Positions 18,481 through 27,640 of a stretch of 64,000 nt of DNA are shown here, piece by piece. Numbering within the stretch: position 1 is the first letter of the stretch; every line of letters starts with the position of its first letter. The notes under the pieces are model-generated. The model searched no databases and had not been told where the DNA came from. It saw only the letters and a list, made by a program, of their open reading frames with translations. The stretch lies in the NCBI GenBank assembly GCA_963712275.1, contig CAVQHD010000001.1:32001-96000 (forward strand). The letters run 5' to 3'. Source of the DNA: an uncultured Rhabdochlamydiaceae bacterium. GTDB lineage: Bacteria; Chlamydiota; Chlamydiia; Chlamydiales; Rhabdochlamydiaceae. Both the position numbers and the translations under genes were made by a program.

Positions 18481-18505
18481 GGCTGTACGCTTTAAGCGTA
18501 CAGCC
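18481..18505. terminator. Hairpin between convergent precursor and B gene (likely bidirectional terminator)
   Basis: GGCTGTACGC-TTTAA-GCGTACAGCC perfect stem; weak U tract. Confidence 0.65.
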
Positions 18506-18510
18506 CTTCT

Positions 18511-19272
18511 TCAGAAATGAGGTTCTCTTAAGATAATTGATAAAACCTGTGCAATTTCTGGATCATCATGGATGACTTTCGTTGAGATTTCTGCCCAAGC
18601 ATGCGCATAAAAGGGGTTCGTTTGCACCCCAATGGCCAAGTTGCACCTCCATTTTTTCTTCAGTGCTAATAAGACAAAGGTTGAAGCCCACCCCAAGCAA
18701 AAAGTTTTTGTTGGGTAGAGAACTGTTGCCGCATCAAGGGCATTGACAAGTTTTTGAATATCTTCTGGCTCAGGAATATGATGAGAGGTTCCTTTCTGCG
18801 AGACTGCTTTGATCGTCTCCAAGATCCCTTTGATCCCTCCACGCTTGATGATCCGAGAAACAGAAGCTAATTGGATGAATGCACGAACAAGCTCAACAAT
18901 CGAAACCTGAGCAAACGGTTTCCATGAGGGTTTTGTATCCCACTTGTATTCACAAAGCCCTCCTCCCTTAATGGGAGGCGGCTCAACTTTTTTTCGATCA
19001 GACCCCTCACTTGGCGTGATAAACCCTTTCTCTTGGAACTCGAGGATCCAATCATTCAACGACTCAGGATCTTCAGATGGTACTGCCGTTTGATACAATT
19101 CATTTTCAAAAATAAACTCTTCGCTGCAGATTTTATCTAAGAACTGCGCTGCAGATTCAACAAGGTTCAGATATTGATCATTTTGGACATCTAAAATAAT
19201 CACTGCCTCATCAAAATGGGCAGCGAAAATCGATGGAGCTAAAGAAAACCGAACTGTATTTGTCTCTTCCAT
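18511..19272 (-). CDS. Lasso peptide B protein (fused RRE/PqqD-like domain + transglutaminase-like leader peptidase)
   Basis: N-terminal DEAVIILDVQNDQYLNL (RRE-like); C-terminal FCLGWA...IGVQTNPFYAHAWAE (Cys/His catalytic residues). Confidence 0.9.
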   Translation of the reverse strand: MEETNTVRFSLAPSIFAAHFDEAVIILDVQNDQYLNLVESAAQFLDKICSEEFIFENELYQTAVPSEDPESLNDWILEFQEKGFITPSEGSDRKKVEPPPIKGGGLCEYKWDTKPSWKPFAQVSIVELVRAFIQLASVSRIIKRGGIKGILETIKAVSQKGTSHHIPEPEDIQKLVNALDAATVLYPTKTFCLGWASTFVLLALKKKWRCNLAIGVQTNPFYAHAWAEISTKVIHDDPEIAQVLSIILREPHF

Positions 19273-19277
19273 AAATC

Positions 19278-21032
19278 TTACAACGTCCTTTCGAAGATAT
19301 CACTTCGCTGTTGCTGACGCCAAAGCTGCGCATATAAACCTTCCCTTTGCTGCAACTCTTCGTGCGTTCCTCGCTCTATGATCGTTCCCTGATCTAATAC
19401 AAGAATTTCATTGGCATGAATAATCGTGGAAAGGCGATGCGCAATGATGATTGTCGTTGTTCTTGATAAAATGGCTCCAATATTGGTTTGAATTGCACGT
19501 TCAGTTGTGGTATCAAGAGCAGAAGTGGCTTCGTCAAAGATGAAGAGAAGAGGTTTTTTAAGTAAGGCGCGTGCAATGGAAATCCGTTGTTTCTCCCCTC
19601 CTGAAAGCTTTAATCCCCTTTCTCCAACAACCGTATCATACCCCTGCGGCAATGATGAAATGAGCGTCTCTAATTGCACAAGCGCTACAACTTCTGCAAC
19701 CTCTTCTTGGGTGCATTGAAGGTTGCCATACGCAATATTGTAGTAAAGGGTGTCATTGAATAAGACGGTATCTTGAGGCACGATCCCTATGGCTTGACGC
19801 AGTGATGATTGCGACAAAGAGCGAATATCGCGCCCGTTTAACCTAATCGATCCGGAATCGACATCATAAAAGCGAAAAAGGAGCCCTGCAACCGTTGATT
19901 TTCCAGAACCGGTAGGCCCGACAATTGCAATTGTTTTTCCAGCACCAGCTGTCAGAGATACATTTTTTAAAATCGGTTTCTCCTGCATGTAGCTAAAGCA
20001 GACATTTTCAAAGGAGACTTCCACGCAGTCCGCTGCAAAAGGCACGGCTTCCGGCGCATCTCGAATCTCCGGTTGGAGCTGACAAATTTTGTACACGCTA
20101 TTGAGATTTTGATTCCCTTGTTTCAATTGATGCAAAAGGTATCCAAAATATTGGAGCGGCGTTGCAAATTGGAGTAAATACCCATTGATCAGCACAAAAT
20201 CTCCCAAAGTCATATTTCCAGCATAAACAGATCGACCCGACATCCATGTGAGAAAGGTGAGCCCCAGGCTAATGATAAACGCATATCCCATTTGGATGGC
20301 AATATTTGTGCGGGATTTCTGAATGCCGGCCTTCTCCTGTTCTGCAAGAATCGTATTTAATTTTTGATGTTCGAACTCCTCATTGTTGAAATATTTAACC
20401 GTTTCAAAATTTAAAAGACTATCGACGATTTGGGAGCTTGCATGTGAACGTTTTTCATTATGGAGCTGTTGCACCTCAGCTGTTTTTTTAAGTCCAAAGA
20501 TATTGAGAATCACAAAACCTACAAAAACAAAGAAAAGAACACCGCTAAATGAAACCCCATAGAAATAAGTGATAAGTGAAACGACCACACCCATCTCGAT
20601 CACCGTCGGGATCAAAAATGAGAACAATCCCCAAAAGATCCCTTCCAAACCTGTTTGGGCTTGATGGAGCTGGCTCGTCAGCGCACCTGTACGCCTGTCT
20701 GCGTGAAATTTCTTTGTCAAAGAATGCAAATGATCCATCACTTTGATCATTAGCTGACGGATCGTCCTTTCAAGTGTGTTTAGGATCATAAACATTCTGA
20801 TTTGCGTAATCATCTGGTCAAAAAACCAACAGAGTCCATACCCAATCAGAATGACTGAGATCAAAGATAATGAAAAAGAAGGAGGCTTTGACAAAAGATC
20901 TATAATTTTCTTAAAAACAAAGGGAATCCCCAAGCGCAAAAGAATCGTCAAAATCGTCAAGCAACTCGCAATCAAAAGACTTGATCGAGCGCGCCAGCCT
21001 GCAGGCCATAAAAAGGAGAGTAAAAAACGCAT
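19278..21032 (-). CDS. ABC exporter, fused TMD+NBD (ATM1/HMT1-like); putative lasso peptide transporter D
   Basis: FHADRRTG, DSLLNFETVKYFNNE, GPTGSGKST, LSGGEKQR, DEATSALD, IAHRLST; 5 nt from the B gene. Confidence 0.9.
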   Translation of the reverse strand: MRFLLSFLWPAGWRARSSLLIASCLTILTILLRLGIPFVFKKIIDLLSKPPSFSLSLISVILIGYGLCWFFDQMITQIRMFMILNTLERTIRQLMIKVMDHLHSLTKKFHADRRTGALTSQLHQAQTGLEGIFWGLFSFLIPTVIEMGVVVSLITYFYGVSFSGVLFFVFVGFVILNIFGLKKTAEVQQLHNEKRSHASSQIVDSLLNFETVKYFNNEEFEHQKLNTILAEQEKAGIQKSRTNIAIQMGYAFIISLGLTFLTWMSGRSVYAGNMTLGDFVLINGYLLQFATPLQYFGYLLHQLKQGNQNLNSVYKICQLQPEIRDAPEAVPFAADCVEVSFENVCFSYMQEKPILKNVSLTAGAGKTIAIVGPTGSGKSTVAGLLFRFYDVDSGSIRLNGRDIRSLSQSSLRQAIGIVPQDTVLFNDTLYYNIAYGNLQCTQEEVAEVVALVQLETLISSLPQGYDTVVGERGLKLSGGEKQRISIARALLKKPLLFIFDEATSALDTTTERAIQTNIGAILSRTTTIIIAHRLSTIIHANEILVLDQGTIIERGTHEELQQREGLYAQLWRQQQRSDIFERTL

Positions 21033-21038
21033 AATCTT

Positions 21039-21082
21039 AGAGACTGTCCTACGGATTCAGGTTTCGTCGATAGACAGTCTCT
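21039..21082. mobile_element. Internally deleted family-B-like mini element
   Basis: AGAGACTGTC...GACAGTCTCT termini enclosing TCAGGTTTCGTCG, which is found in the family B arm. Confidence 0.55.
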
Positions 21083-21083
21083 T

Positions 21084-21255
21084 AGAAGCTGTCTTAAAAC
21101 TCAGTTTCTGTCGATTTTTGAGGCTTTTTGAGCCAATTTTCGCTTTATTTGGTGGGGGTAATATCAACTTTCGTATATTACCCCCACCAAATAAAGCGAA
21201 AATTGGCCAAAAATCCTCCAAAAAGCGACGAAACCTGAGGGTTAAGACAGCTTCT
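21084..21255. mobile_element. Long hairpin element, family B, copy 2 (inverted relative to copy 1)
   Basis: AGAAGCTGTC...GACAGCTTCT termini, perfect 33-bp inner stem, loop CAACTTTCGT = reverse complement of copy-1 loop. Confidence 0.8.
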
Positions 21256-21338
21256 TACAGAAGTGTACTCATTTTTTGATATTCTTTGACAACTTTTCTA
21301 GATATATAGGAATCTATTTAAAAAATTGGAGTCCCACA

Positions 21339-23102
21339 ATGCCATTTTTAATCGGTGCTTTTGGCGCCATTTGTAAGTCATTAGATTTTAAACGCCTCCA
21401 TCGGCTCGCAGAGAACGATATCTCTTCAATCCTCACAGAAGATGCCTCCATCTTCACGCCTAAAATAGACGCCTGGGGTCAAGATCCAGCGATACAACTC
21501 CCCAACAATTATGGAGTATTAATTGGGAAAATTTTTGAAAAAACGAGTTATCAAAATGGCTTGTTTACTCTAGACATCACACAAAAAATCGTCAAGGATC
21601 CTCAAATTTTAACACAAGAGTTTTGGGGGCGTTACGCTGGCGTGCTATATGATCAAGGCAATCGCTCCATAACTTTGGTGCGAGACCCCTTGGGCTTGTC
21701 GACCCTTTTTTATTCGATTCAGCCAGATGGAATTGTATTTTCTACTGAAATTGCCCTTCTCTATGACCTTTTAGAAAATAAACCTTCTATCGACTGGATG
21801 TATTTTGCTGAATATCTCATCGGTCAGAATCAAGCGCTGCCAACAACCCCTTTTGCTGGAATTCAAGAGCTGCTTCCAGGAATGAGTCTTTGCTACACCT
21901 GCGCTGGGAATACCTCCCATCGGTACTTGTGGAATCTCGATCCAATGCGCGGAACATATATTGAAAATAACGAGGCCTTTGAAGAGCAGCTCCTTGCGGT
22001 CATGAAAAAATGCACACAAGCTTGGACTAGGGGAAGCAAAGGGGTTTGCGTCCAACTCTCTGGAGGGACAGACTCTTCAGGGGTAACGCTTCTTTTGCGC
22101 AGCGTGCTATCTGCAGACCAAAAACTGATGTGTGTTAATTATATCGACAGCCAAATAACGAGTTCAAATGAGGTTGAGCATGCCAAGGAAGTTGCAAACG
22201 CCTGCCATGCCCCTTTATCGTTTCTAGATTGGCACGAGTCTTCTTTTTTAGACCCTTTTCCAGATGGATGGAGGCCTAATAGGCCAAGCACCTTGCTACT
22301 TAATTACAATGGCAATCAGCAGCTAGACGAATTAGCCGCCAGCTCCGGATGCGACGTTATCATGAATGGTCAAGGCGGCGATCATGTATTTATTGCTTCT
22401 CCCCCCATGGACTGCCTTGCTGATTTATGGCTCCAACGGAAATTCAAAGAAATCCCTGCTTTTTTGAGTCAGCTAAGTGGAATTTATCGGACGCCATGGT
22501 GGTCTGTGATCCAGCACAATCTCAAATCCCTTTCAGCGTACTATCGAAGAAAAAATTCAAGCCAGCCTCAAGCTGCTCCTTTCTTAGACCCTGCTTTACT
22601 TGAGCGCCTTCCTCACAGACCCTTTTATTTAAAAGAGGCTCTTGCCTCCTTCCATCCCGGAAAAGCAAAGCAATTAGAATCCCTCTACCATGCCGTTGCC
22701 TACTCAGAGCGGAGCGAGCGGTCCCCATCGCAAACCCATACCCATCCCATTCTTTCTCAACCGATCGTAGAATTAGCTTTAAAAATTCCAATATTTCAAT
22801 CGTTTAAAGATGGGTATAATCGAATATTTTTCAGAAATGCCGTTAGCCGTATCCAAAAATTAGACTCTTTATGGCGAAAAACCAAACGGCAAACGACAAC
22901 ATCAACCCTTAGGGGTTTTACCTCTAACTTTGACGCTATCCTCGATCTAGTGACTTCCGGTAGTCTTTACCACAGTGGAATCCTCCATAAAAAATGGGTT
23001 GAAGAGCAGCTAGTAAAAATAAAACATGGTCTTTATGAAAATCTCTGGCCCCTACTCTACATCATTACCAGTCAAAGATGGCTCAATCAGTGGAAATTGT
23101 AA
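21339..23102 (+). CDS. Lasso peptide cyclase C (asparagine synthetase-like macrolactam synthetase)
   Basis: LVRDPLG, QLSGGTDSS (PP-loop), MNGQGGDHVF; no N-terminal catalytic Cys of true AsnB; ATG 21339 preceded by GGAG; context with A and B. Confidence 0.9.
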   Translation: MPFLIGAFGAICKSLDFKRLHRLAENDISSILTEDASIFTPKIDAWGQDPAIQLPNNYGVLIGKIFEKTSYQNGLFTLDITQKIVKDPQILTQEFWGRYAGVLYDQGNRSITLVRDPLGLSTLFYSIQPDGIVFSTEIALLYDLLENKPSIDWMYFAEYLIGQNQALPTTPFAGIQELLPGMSLCYTCAGNTSHRYLWNLDPMRGTYIENNEAFEEQLLAVMKKCTQAWTRGSKGVCVQLSGGTDSSGVTLLLRSVLSADQKLMCVNYIDSQITSSNEVEHAKEVANACHAPLSFLDWHESSFLDPFPDGWRPNRPSTLLLNYNGNQQLDELAASSGCDVIMNGQGGDHVFIASPPMDCLADLWLQRKFKEIPAFLSQLSGIYRTPWWSVIQHNLKSLSAYYRRKNSSQPQAAPFLDPALLERLPHRPFYLKEALASFHPGKAKQLESLYHAVAYSERSERSPSQTHTHPILSQPIVELALKIPIFQSFKDGYNRIFFRNAVSRIQKLDSLWRKTKRQTTTSTLRGFTSNFDAILDLVTSGSLYHSGILHKKWVEEQLVKIKHGLYENLWPLLYIITSQRWLNQWKL

Positions 23103-23154
23103 AAATCTTTGATTTCTTTGAGAATTTTGTTTATTCCTCATAAAAAGGAGTCAT

Positions 23155-25746
23155 ATGCACTATCATAGGAGCGAATTCTTTAGACAATTTAAAGAGAGAG
23201 TTGCAACTCCCTCTAAATGGATACTCTTCTGCCTTGCTTCGACATCTCTTATGAGCAAGCCGCTTCAAGAAGAATGTACTCCAGGTCCTGAATACATGCG
23301 TGTCGGCTGGCGCCATATCGAAGGCAACGGGGTTGGATACAACACCGGTTATACAACTGCAGAAATGTTTTTAGCGGCTCCTCCGGAAAGATTCCATACG
23401 ACGCCTTTTATCGATCTTCGAGGACATATTTTCGACAATGGGAGATGGGCTGCAAATGGCGGCCTTGGCATTCGGGGCATCCTCAAGGATAGAGTCTACG
23501 GGCTTAATCTCTATTACGACTACCGAAACTCAAAAAGGAAAAATTACAACCAGATCAGCTGCGGGATCGAAACTCTTGGAAATCGATGGGATTTCCGATG
23601 GAATGGATACTTTCCCATTGGAAACACAAAAAGCAAAGGCTATCATTCTCAATTTGATCACTTTTCGGGCAACTCGATGTATATCACTCGCAAATTTGAA
23701 TATGCTCTGCTGGGAACGAATGCAGAGGCGGGCTTTCATTTTGCACAAGTCAAAGATGTGAGCTTCTATGGTGCTCTAGGCCCTTATTATTTTAAAGGAC
23801 CCTTAGGGCCTAATCTTTGGGGAGGAGAGGCTCGCCTCAATGGAAAATATAAAGAATATGTAAAACTAGAAGTGAGCTACTCGTATGACAATGTGTTCCG
23901 CAATATTGTTCAAGGGCAATTTTTTCTCATGATTCCTCTGAGCCCTAAATCTTCTATCAAAAAGAAAAAGAAGGCTTCTTCTTCCTGTGAAAACACCAAA
24001 ATATTATATGAGAGAATGGTTCAACCTGTCGAGCGAGATGAAATTATCGTTCTTGGTCATCGAAGAAAACAAAGCCTTGCGATCAACCCCGCGACAAATC
24101 GACCCTACACATTTTGGTTCGTTGATAATACGAGCCATTCTGCTGGAACCTTTGAAAGTCCTTTCTCGACTTTAGCCGATGCTCAAAATAGCTCACAGCC
24201 TAGCGACGTCATTTATGTTTTTCCTGGAGACGGAACTACAACAGGCCTGGACGCTGGTATCACATTACAAGATAATCAACGCCTCTGGGGCTCATCCATA
24301 CCTCACTCTCTCCCAACAACTCATGGAACAGTGACCATCCCTGCGACCTCTTCCGGATCCTACAACGATATCATCCCCCCTATTATACTTGGGGCTGCAC
24401 CTCAGCTGACCAATACGGGTGGAAGCGGAGATGTGGTGACTGTCGCCAATAACAATGAAATTGCAGGTTTTTACATTCAGCCTTTAACAGGCAATGGAAT
24501 TATTGCTAATTCTTCCATTACAAATTTAACAATTAAAAATAACGTTCTTCAAGGACCTGCTAATTTAGCTACAACAAACAAAGCTTTAATCAATGTCGCT
24601 GATGTTCAAGGAACATTGTTGATTACTGAAAACCTGATATATCCCGGTGGCTCAGATAACAATCAGACGAATGTCGGTATCCTTATCAATGCGATAAACA
24701 TTCAAAATGCAAATTACATCATCTCAAATAATGACGCCCCTGCCAATGCAGATTTTTTAATAGCGACATATACAGACTGTGCCAACATTTCGACAACAAT
24801 CTCTCAGAATGACTTTAATGTCTTTGGCGCTGTGGCCACTATGACGTTCTATAACGCGACGGCTCAAGCAGCTCATTCTGTAAACATCGAAGGCAATACA
24901 ATTTATGCCGATGCAGGAGATTCCTCTTCTGTCACCTGTATCTTCCTAGCGCTTCAAAATAATGCAAACGTGACAGCTCAGCTGGTAAATAATATTTTAT
25001 TTACTCCAGATGCGTCCGGATTTGCGGCTTTATTAACCGAAAATTCTCAAATGAATCTGACCGTAGCAAATAATGAGATCACTTGTTGGGTTACCCCCAT
25101 CGCTATCACTTTAGGAGATCCTAGTAATTTACAGGGCTTCCAACCAACGATAACAGCCTCAATTTCAGATAATACACTCGTCTTTGATGAAGGGGCGGGA
25201 ATTAATATTTTTACCTATGACAATGCAGCCGCAAATTTATCTATCCTAAGCAACGCAATATCTGGAGTCTCGCAAAACTATGGGGGTACGACCCAGAACG
25301 TTTACGTAGAAACCAACCAAAATGCAACAGCTCTAACAACTCTTTCAGATAATCTCATGCAATCAGGTACAACTGCCATCTCTTTTGCAACTTATGACAA
25401 TTCTGAGCAAATAGCAACGATCACTAACAATAACGTGACGCACGTCGAATTCTATGGCCTCACCTTTGAAACAGATGCGACGAGCCAGGGAATTTGGAAA
25501 GTCGATGGCAATTTCTTTGTAGCAACGCCCTCCGGCGCTATCTTAGCAACCTCGAATGGGACTTCTACAACCTGTCTAAGTGTGACCAATAATTTTGCAG
25601 CACCTGTCCAATTACCTGGAGGACCTGGCACCTATCAGTTTACGAATAGCGGCGGAACCTTTCAGCTAGAGCCTCTAAGTGGAAATATTGGAATTGTGAC
25701 AGAAACGGGAGTCATTACTCCAGTACCTGGAGGGACTTGCCAATAA
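23155..25746 (+). CDS. Inverse-autotransporter (invasin/intimin-like) beta-barrel protein with Asn/Thr-rich beta-helix passenger
   Basis: AANGGLGIR, YGLNLYYD, GIETLG, NGYFPIG, QPVERDEII barrel-type motifs; FVDN..GTFESPF.TL.AQ then repetitive I.NN motifs. Confidence 0.75.
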   Translation: MHYHRSEFFRQFKERVATPSKWILFCLASTSLMSKPLQEECTPGPEYMRVGWRHIEGNGVGYNTGYTTAEMFLAAPPERFHTTPFIDLRGHIFDNGRWAANGGLGIRGILKDRVYGLNLYYDYRNSKRKNYNQISCGIETLGNRWDFRWNGYFPIGNTKSKGYHSQFDHFSGNSMYITRKFEYALLGTNAEAGFHFAQVKDVSFYGALGPYYFKGPLGPNLWGGEARLNGKYKEYVKLEVSYSYDNVFRNIVQGQFFLMIPLSPKSSIKKKKKASSSCENTKILYERMVQPVERDEIIVLGHRRKQSLAINPATNRPYTFWFVDNTSHSAGTFESPFSTLADAQNSSQPSDVIYVFPGDGTTTGLDAGITLQDNQRLWGSSIPHSLPTTHGTVTIPATSSGSYNDIIPPIILGAAPQLTNTGGSGDVVTVANNNEIAGFYIQPLTGNGIIANSSITNLTIKNNVLQGPANLATTNKALINVADVQGTLLITENLIYPGGSDNNQTNVGILINAINIQNANYIISNNDAPANADFLIATYTDCANISTTISQNDFNVFGAVATMTFYNATAQAAHSVNIEGNTIYADAGDSSSVTCIFLALQNNANVTAQLVNNILFTPDASGFAALLTENSQMNLTVANNEITCWVTPIAITLGDPSNLQGFQPTITASISDNTLVFDEGAGINIFTYDNAAANLSILSNAISGVSQNYGGTTQNVYVETNQNATALTTLSDNLMQSGTTAISFATYDNSEQIATITNNNVTHVEFYGLTFETDATSQGIWKVDGNFFVATPSGAILATSNGTSTTCLSVTNNFAAPVQLPGGPGTYQFTNSGGTFQLEPLSGNIGIVTETGVITPVPGGTCQ

Positions 25747-25753
25747 GGGCCCG

Positions 25754-27562
25754 TCATCTAGGTAGATTCGTCACATCCGCCGCGCATCGAAATCCATAGG
25801 TTCCATTCATTGTACCAGGATTATTCCGGTGCCGGTGGGAACACCTTAAATCTTCCTTTAAACTTTTCCAACATCCCCCGCGCAAGACCCGATAGACCCC
25901 TTGGACGGGACCTTTGGGATTTTGCGGCTCCTGGACAGAAAGGTTGTAGTAGGAATAATCGTACCAATCTTGACACCATTCGTAGACATTACCTGCCATA
26001 TCGTAGAGCCCATAACCATTGGCCGGATAACTCATGACGGGCGTGGTATCGGAGCTAAAGAAATTAGCCTGTGTTCGATCAATATCCATTCCTGTGGGGT
26101 AAATGCAATCGATAAAACCACCTGAGGCCGCCACCTCCCACTCTGCTTCCGTCGGCAGCCGCTTCCCTGTCCATTTTGCATAAGCAACAGCCCCATACCA
26201 GGTGACGCCAACGACAGGATGCTTAGCATACCCAGACTCGATAGAGATTTTACCGCCCATCCGTTTAATGCGTGTTTCTCGAAGACGGATAATATCGTTG
26301 TTATGATAATCTTTTTCCCCTCCCATCTCTTCAAGAAATCGGGCAAATTGCTCGTTGGTAATTGGATGGATATCAATGGCATACGGATTTAAAGTGATTT
26401 GATGCCGGGGCATCTCATCCCGCCCCCCTTTGTTGCTTCCCCTTTCAAAGCTTCCCCCTGGAATCACGACCATTTCTGTTAAGATCGGCCTAACCTCTTC
26501 TTTAACCTCTGTGGCAGGCTGATACCGTCCCACAACGGACTCTGTCTGAAATATTGCCCCAGGATCAGGTTCATACTCAGGCCGTTTAATTTCTGTGGGA
26601 TTAAGAACGGGTTTGAAGATCACCGCAGGAGCCTCTGGCTCTTCAGCAGAAGAGTTTTCCGATAGATCTAAAAAAAGCTCTCCCAGTTGAGAAGGTCTTT
26701 TCTCCGGCTCTGCCGCTAAACATTTCCGAATCACTGAGTCCCATCTCAGTTTGTATTGAGGCACCATCCCAGCAACGGACTCAAAGGCTCCTTCAGGGTA
26801 CCGGCCCGTGAGAAGAAAATAGAGAAGAACGCCAAAAGCATAGACATCAGACTTAGCGCCAGAGGCGACCGCGGCTTGCCACCGTTGCTCAGGGGCTAGA
26901 AATAGATAGTGGTGCAAAAATGAAAGGTGTTTTTTAGGAAGCATTTCAACCGGCTGCCCCACTTTATCTGCAATCGCTTGATAAATCCGGCTCATGTAAG
27001 GAGAAGACCCTAAGATTCTGCAGAGGCCAAAGTCAGAAATTTGGACGACGAGGCCTGATACTTTTTTGAGAATCAAAATATTGGATGGTTTTAAACCGCG
27101 GTGTGCAAAAGGGTCCTGGATTGACCCCTTCTGGTGGCAATAATCTAATGCAGCCCCGATTTGTTTCGCAATTTGGACAATTTCTTCCTCTGGAAGACGT
27201 CCTCCCCTTTGTTTAAGATATTCATATAAATTTAAGATTTCTCCTTTCTCATCCATCACAGGATCTGTGACAAGAAAGTAATACCCTTCCGCCTCAGAAA
27301 CATTATGAACTTTAACAATATTAGGATGATCGAGGGCGGCAAGAAGGGAAACCTCCGATTCAAAGCGGGATAAAAAGTCACTATTTTGACACAGCTCAGC
27401 ATCGAGAATTTTAAGAACAAAAGGTCTTTTCAAAAACCGGTGCTGCGCTAGGTAAGTCGAGCCCAAGGCTCCCTGCCCTAGCTGGCGAAGAATTGTATAA
27501 TCACCTAAATGCTCAGCTTCTTGAATCGGTGATTTTTGATTGGTAAATGTGGCGCCTCCCAT
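25754..27562 (-). CDS. pkn1: Pkn1-type Ser/Thr kinase-like domain + FGE-sulfatase (SUMF1) domain
   Basis: LGQGALG, VLK, HPNIV, HRGLKPSN, DFG, APE; C-terminal HPVVGVTWYGA, RLPTEAEWE, NGYGLYDMAGNVYEW, RVLRGG, GFRC. Confidence 0.85.
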   Translation of the reverse strand: MGGATFTNQKSPIQEAEHLGDYTILRQLGQGALGSTYLAQHRFLKRPFVLKILDAELCQNSDFLSRFESEVSLLAALDHPNIVKVHNVSEAEGYYFLVTDPVMDEKGEILNLYEYLKQRGGRLPEEEIVQIAKQIGAALDYCHQKGSIQDPFAHRGLKPSNILILKKVSGLVVQISDFGLCRILGSSPYMSRIYQAIADKVGQPVEMLPKKHLSFLHHYLFLAPEQRWQAAVASGAKSDVYAFGVLLYFLLTGRYPEGAFESVAGMVPQYKLRWDSVIRKCLAAEPEKRPSQLGELFLDLSENSSAEEPEAPAVIFKPVLNPTEIKRPEYEPDPGAIFQTESVVGRYQPATEVKEEVRPILTEMVVIPGGSFERGSNKGGRDEMPRHQITLNPYAIDIHPITNEQFARFLEEMGGEKDYHNNDIIRLRETRIKRMGGKISIESGYAKHPVVGVTWYGAVAYAKWTGKRLPTEAEWEVAASGGFIDCIYPTGMDIDRTQANFFSSDTTPVMSYPANGYGLYDMAGNVYEWCQDWYDYSYYNLSVQEPQNPKGPVQGVYRVLRGGCWKSLKEDLRCSHRHRNNPGTMNGTYGFRCAADVTNLPR

Positions 27563-27640
27563 AGAATCCTTCTTTTCAATTAAGCACTAGTGTTTCCCTA
27601 GCTTTCACGATTTCGTCGTATTTGGTCAAGAGAGGATCGC

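Noticed and set aside
19278..21032. Stand-alone heavy-metal/Fe-S ATM1 exporter
   Set aside because: The sequence is ATM1-like, but it is operonic with lasso B; a metal-related role is not excluded but is less likely.
21339..23102. Ordinary asparagine synthetase AsnB
   Set aside because: No N-terminal catalytic Cys, and it is flanked by lasso B and precursor genes.
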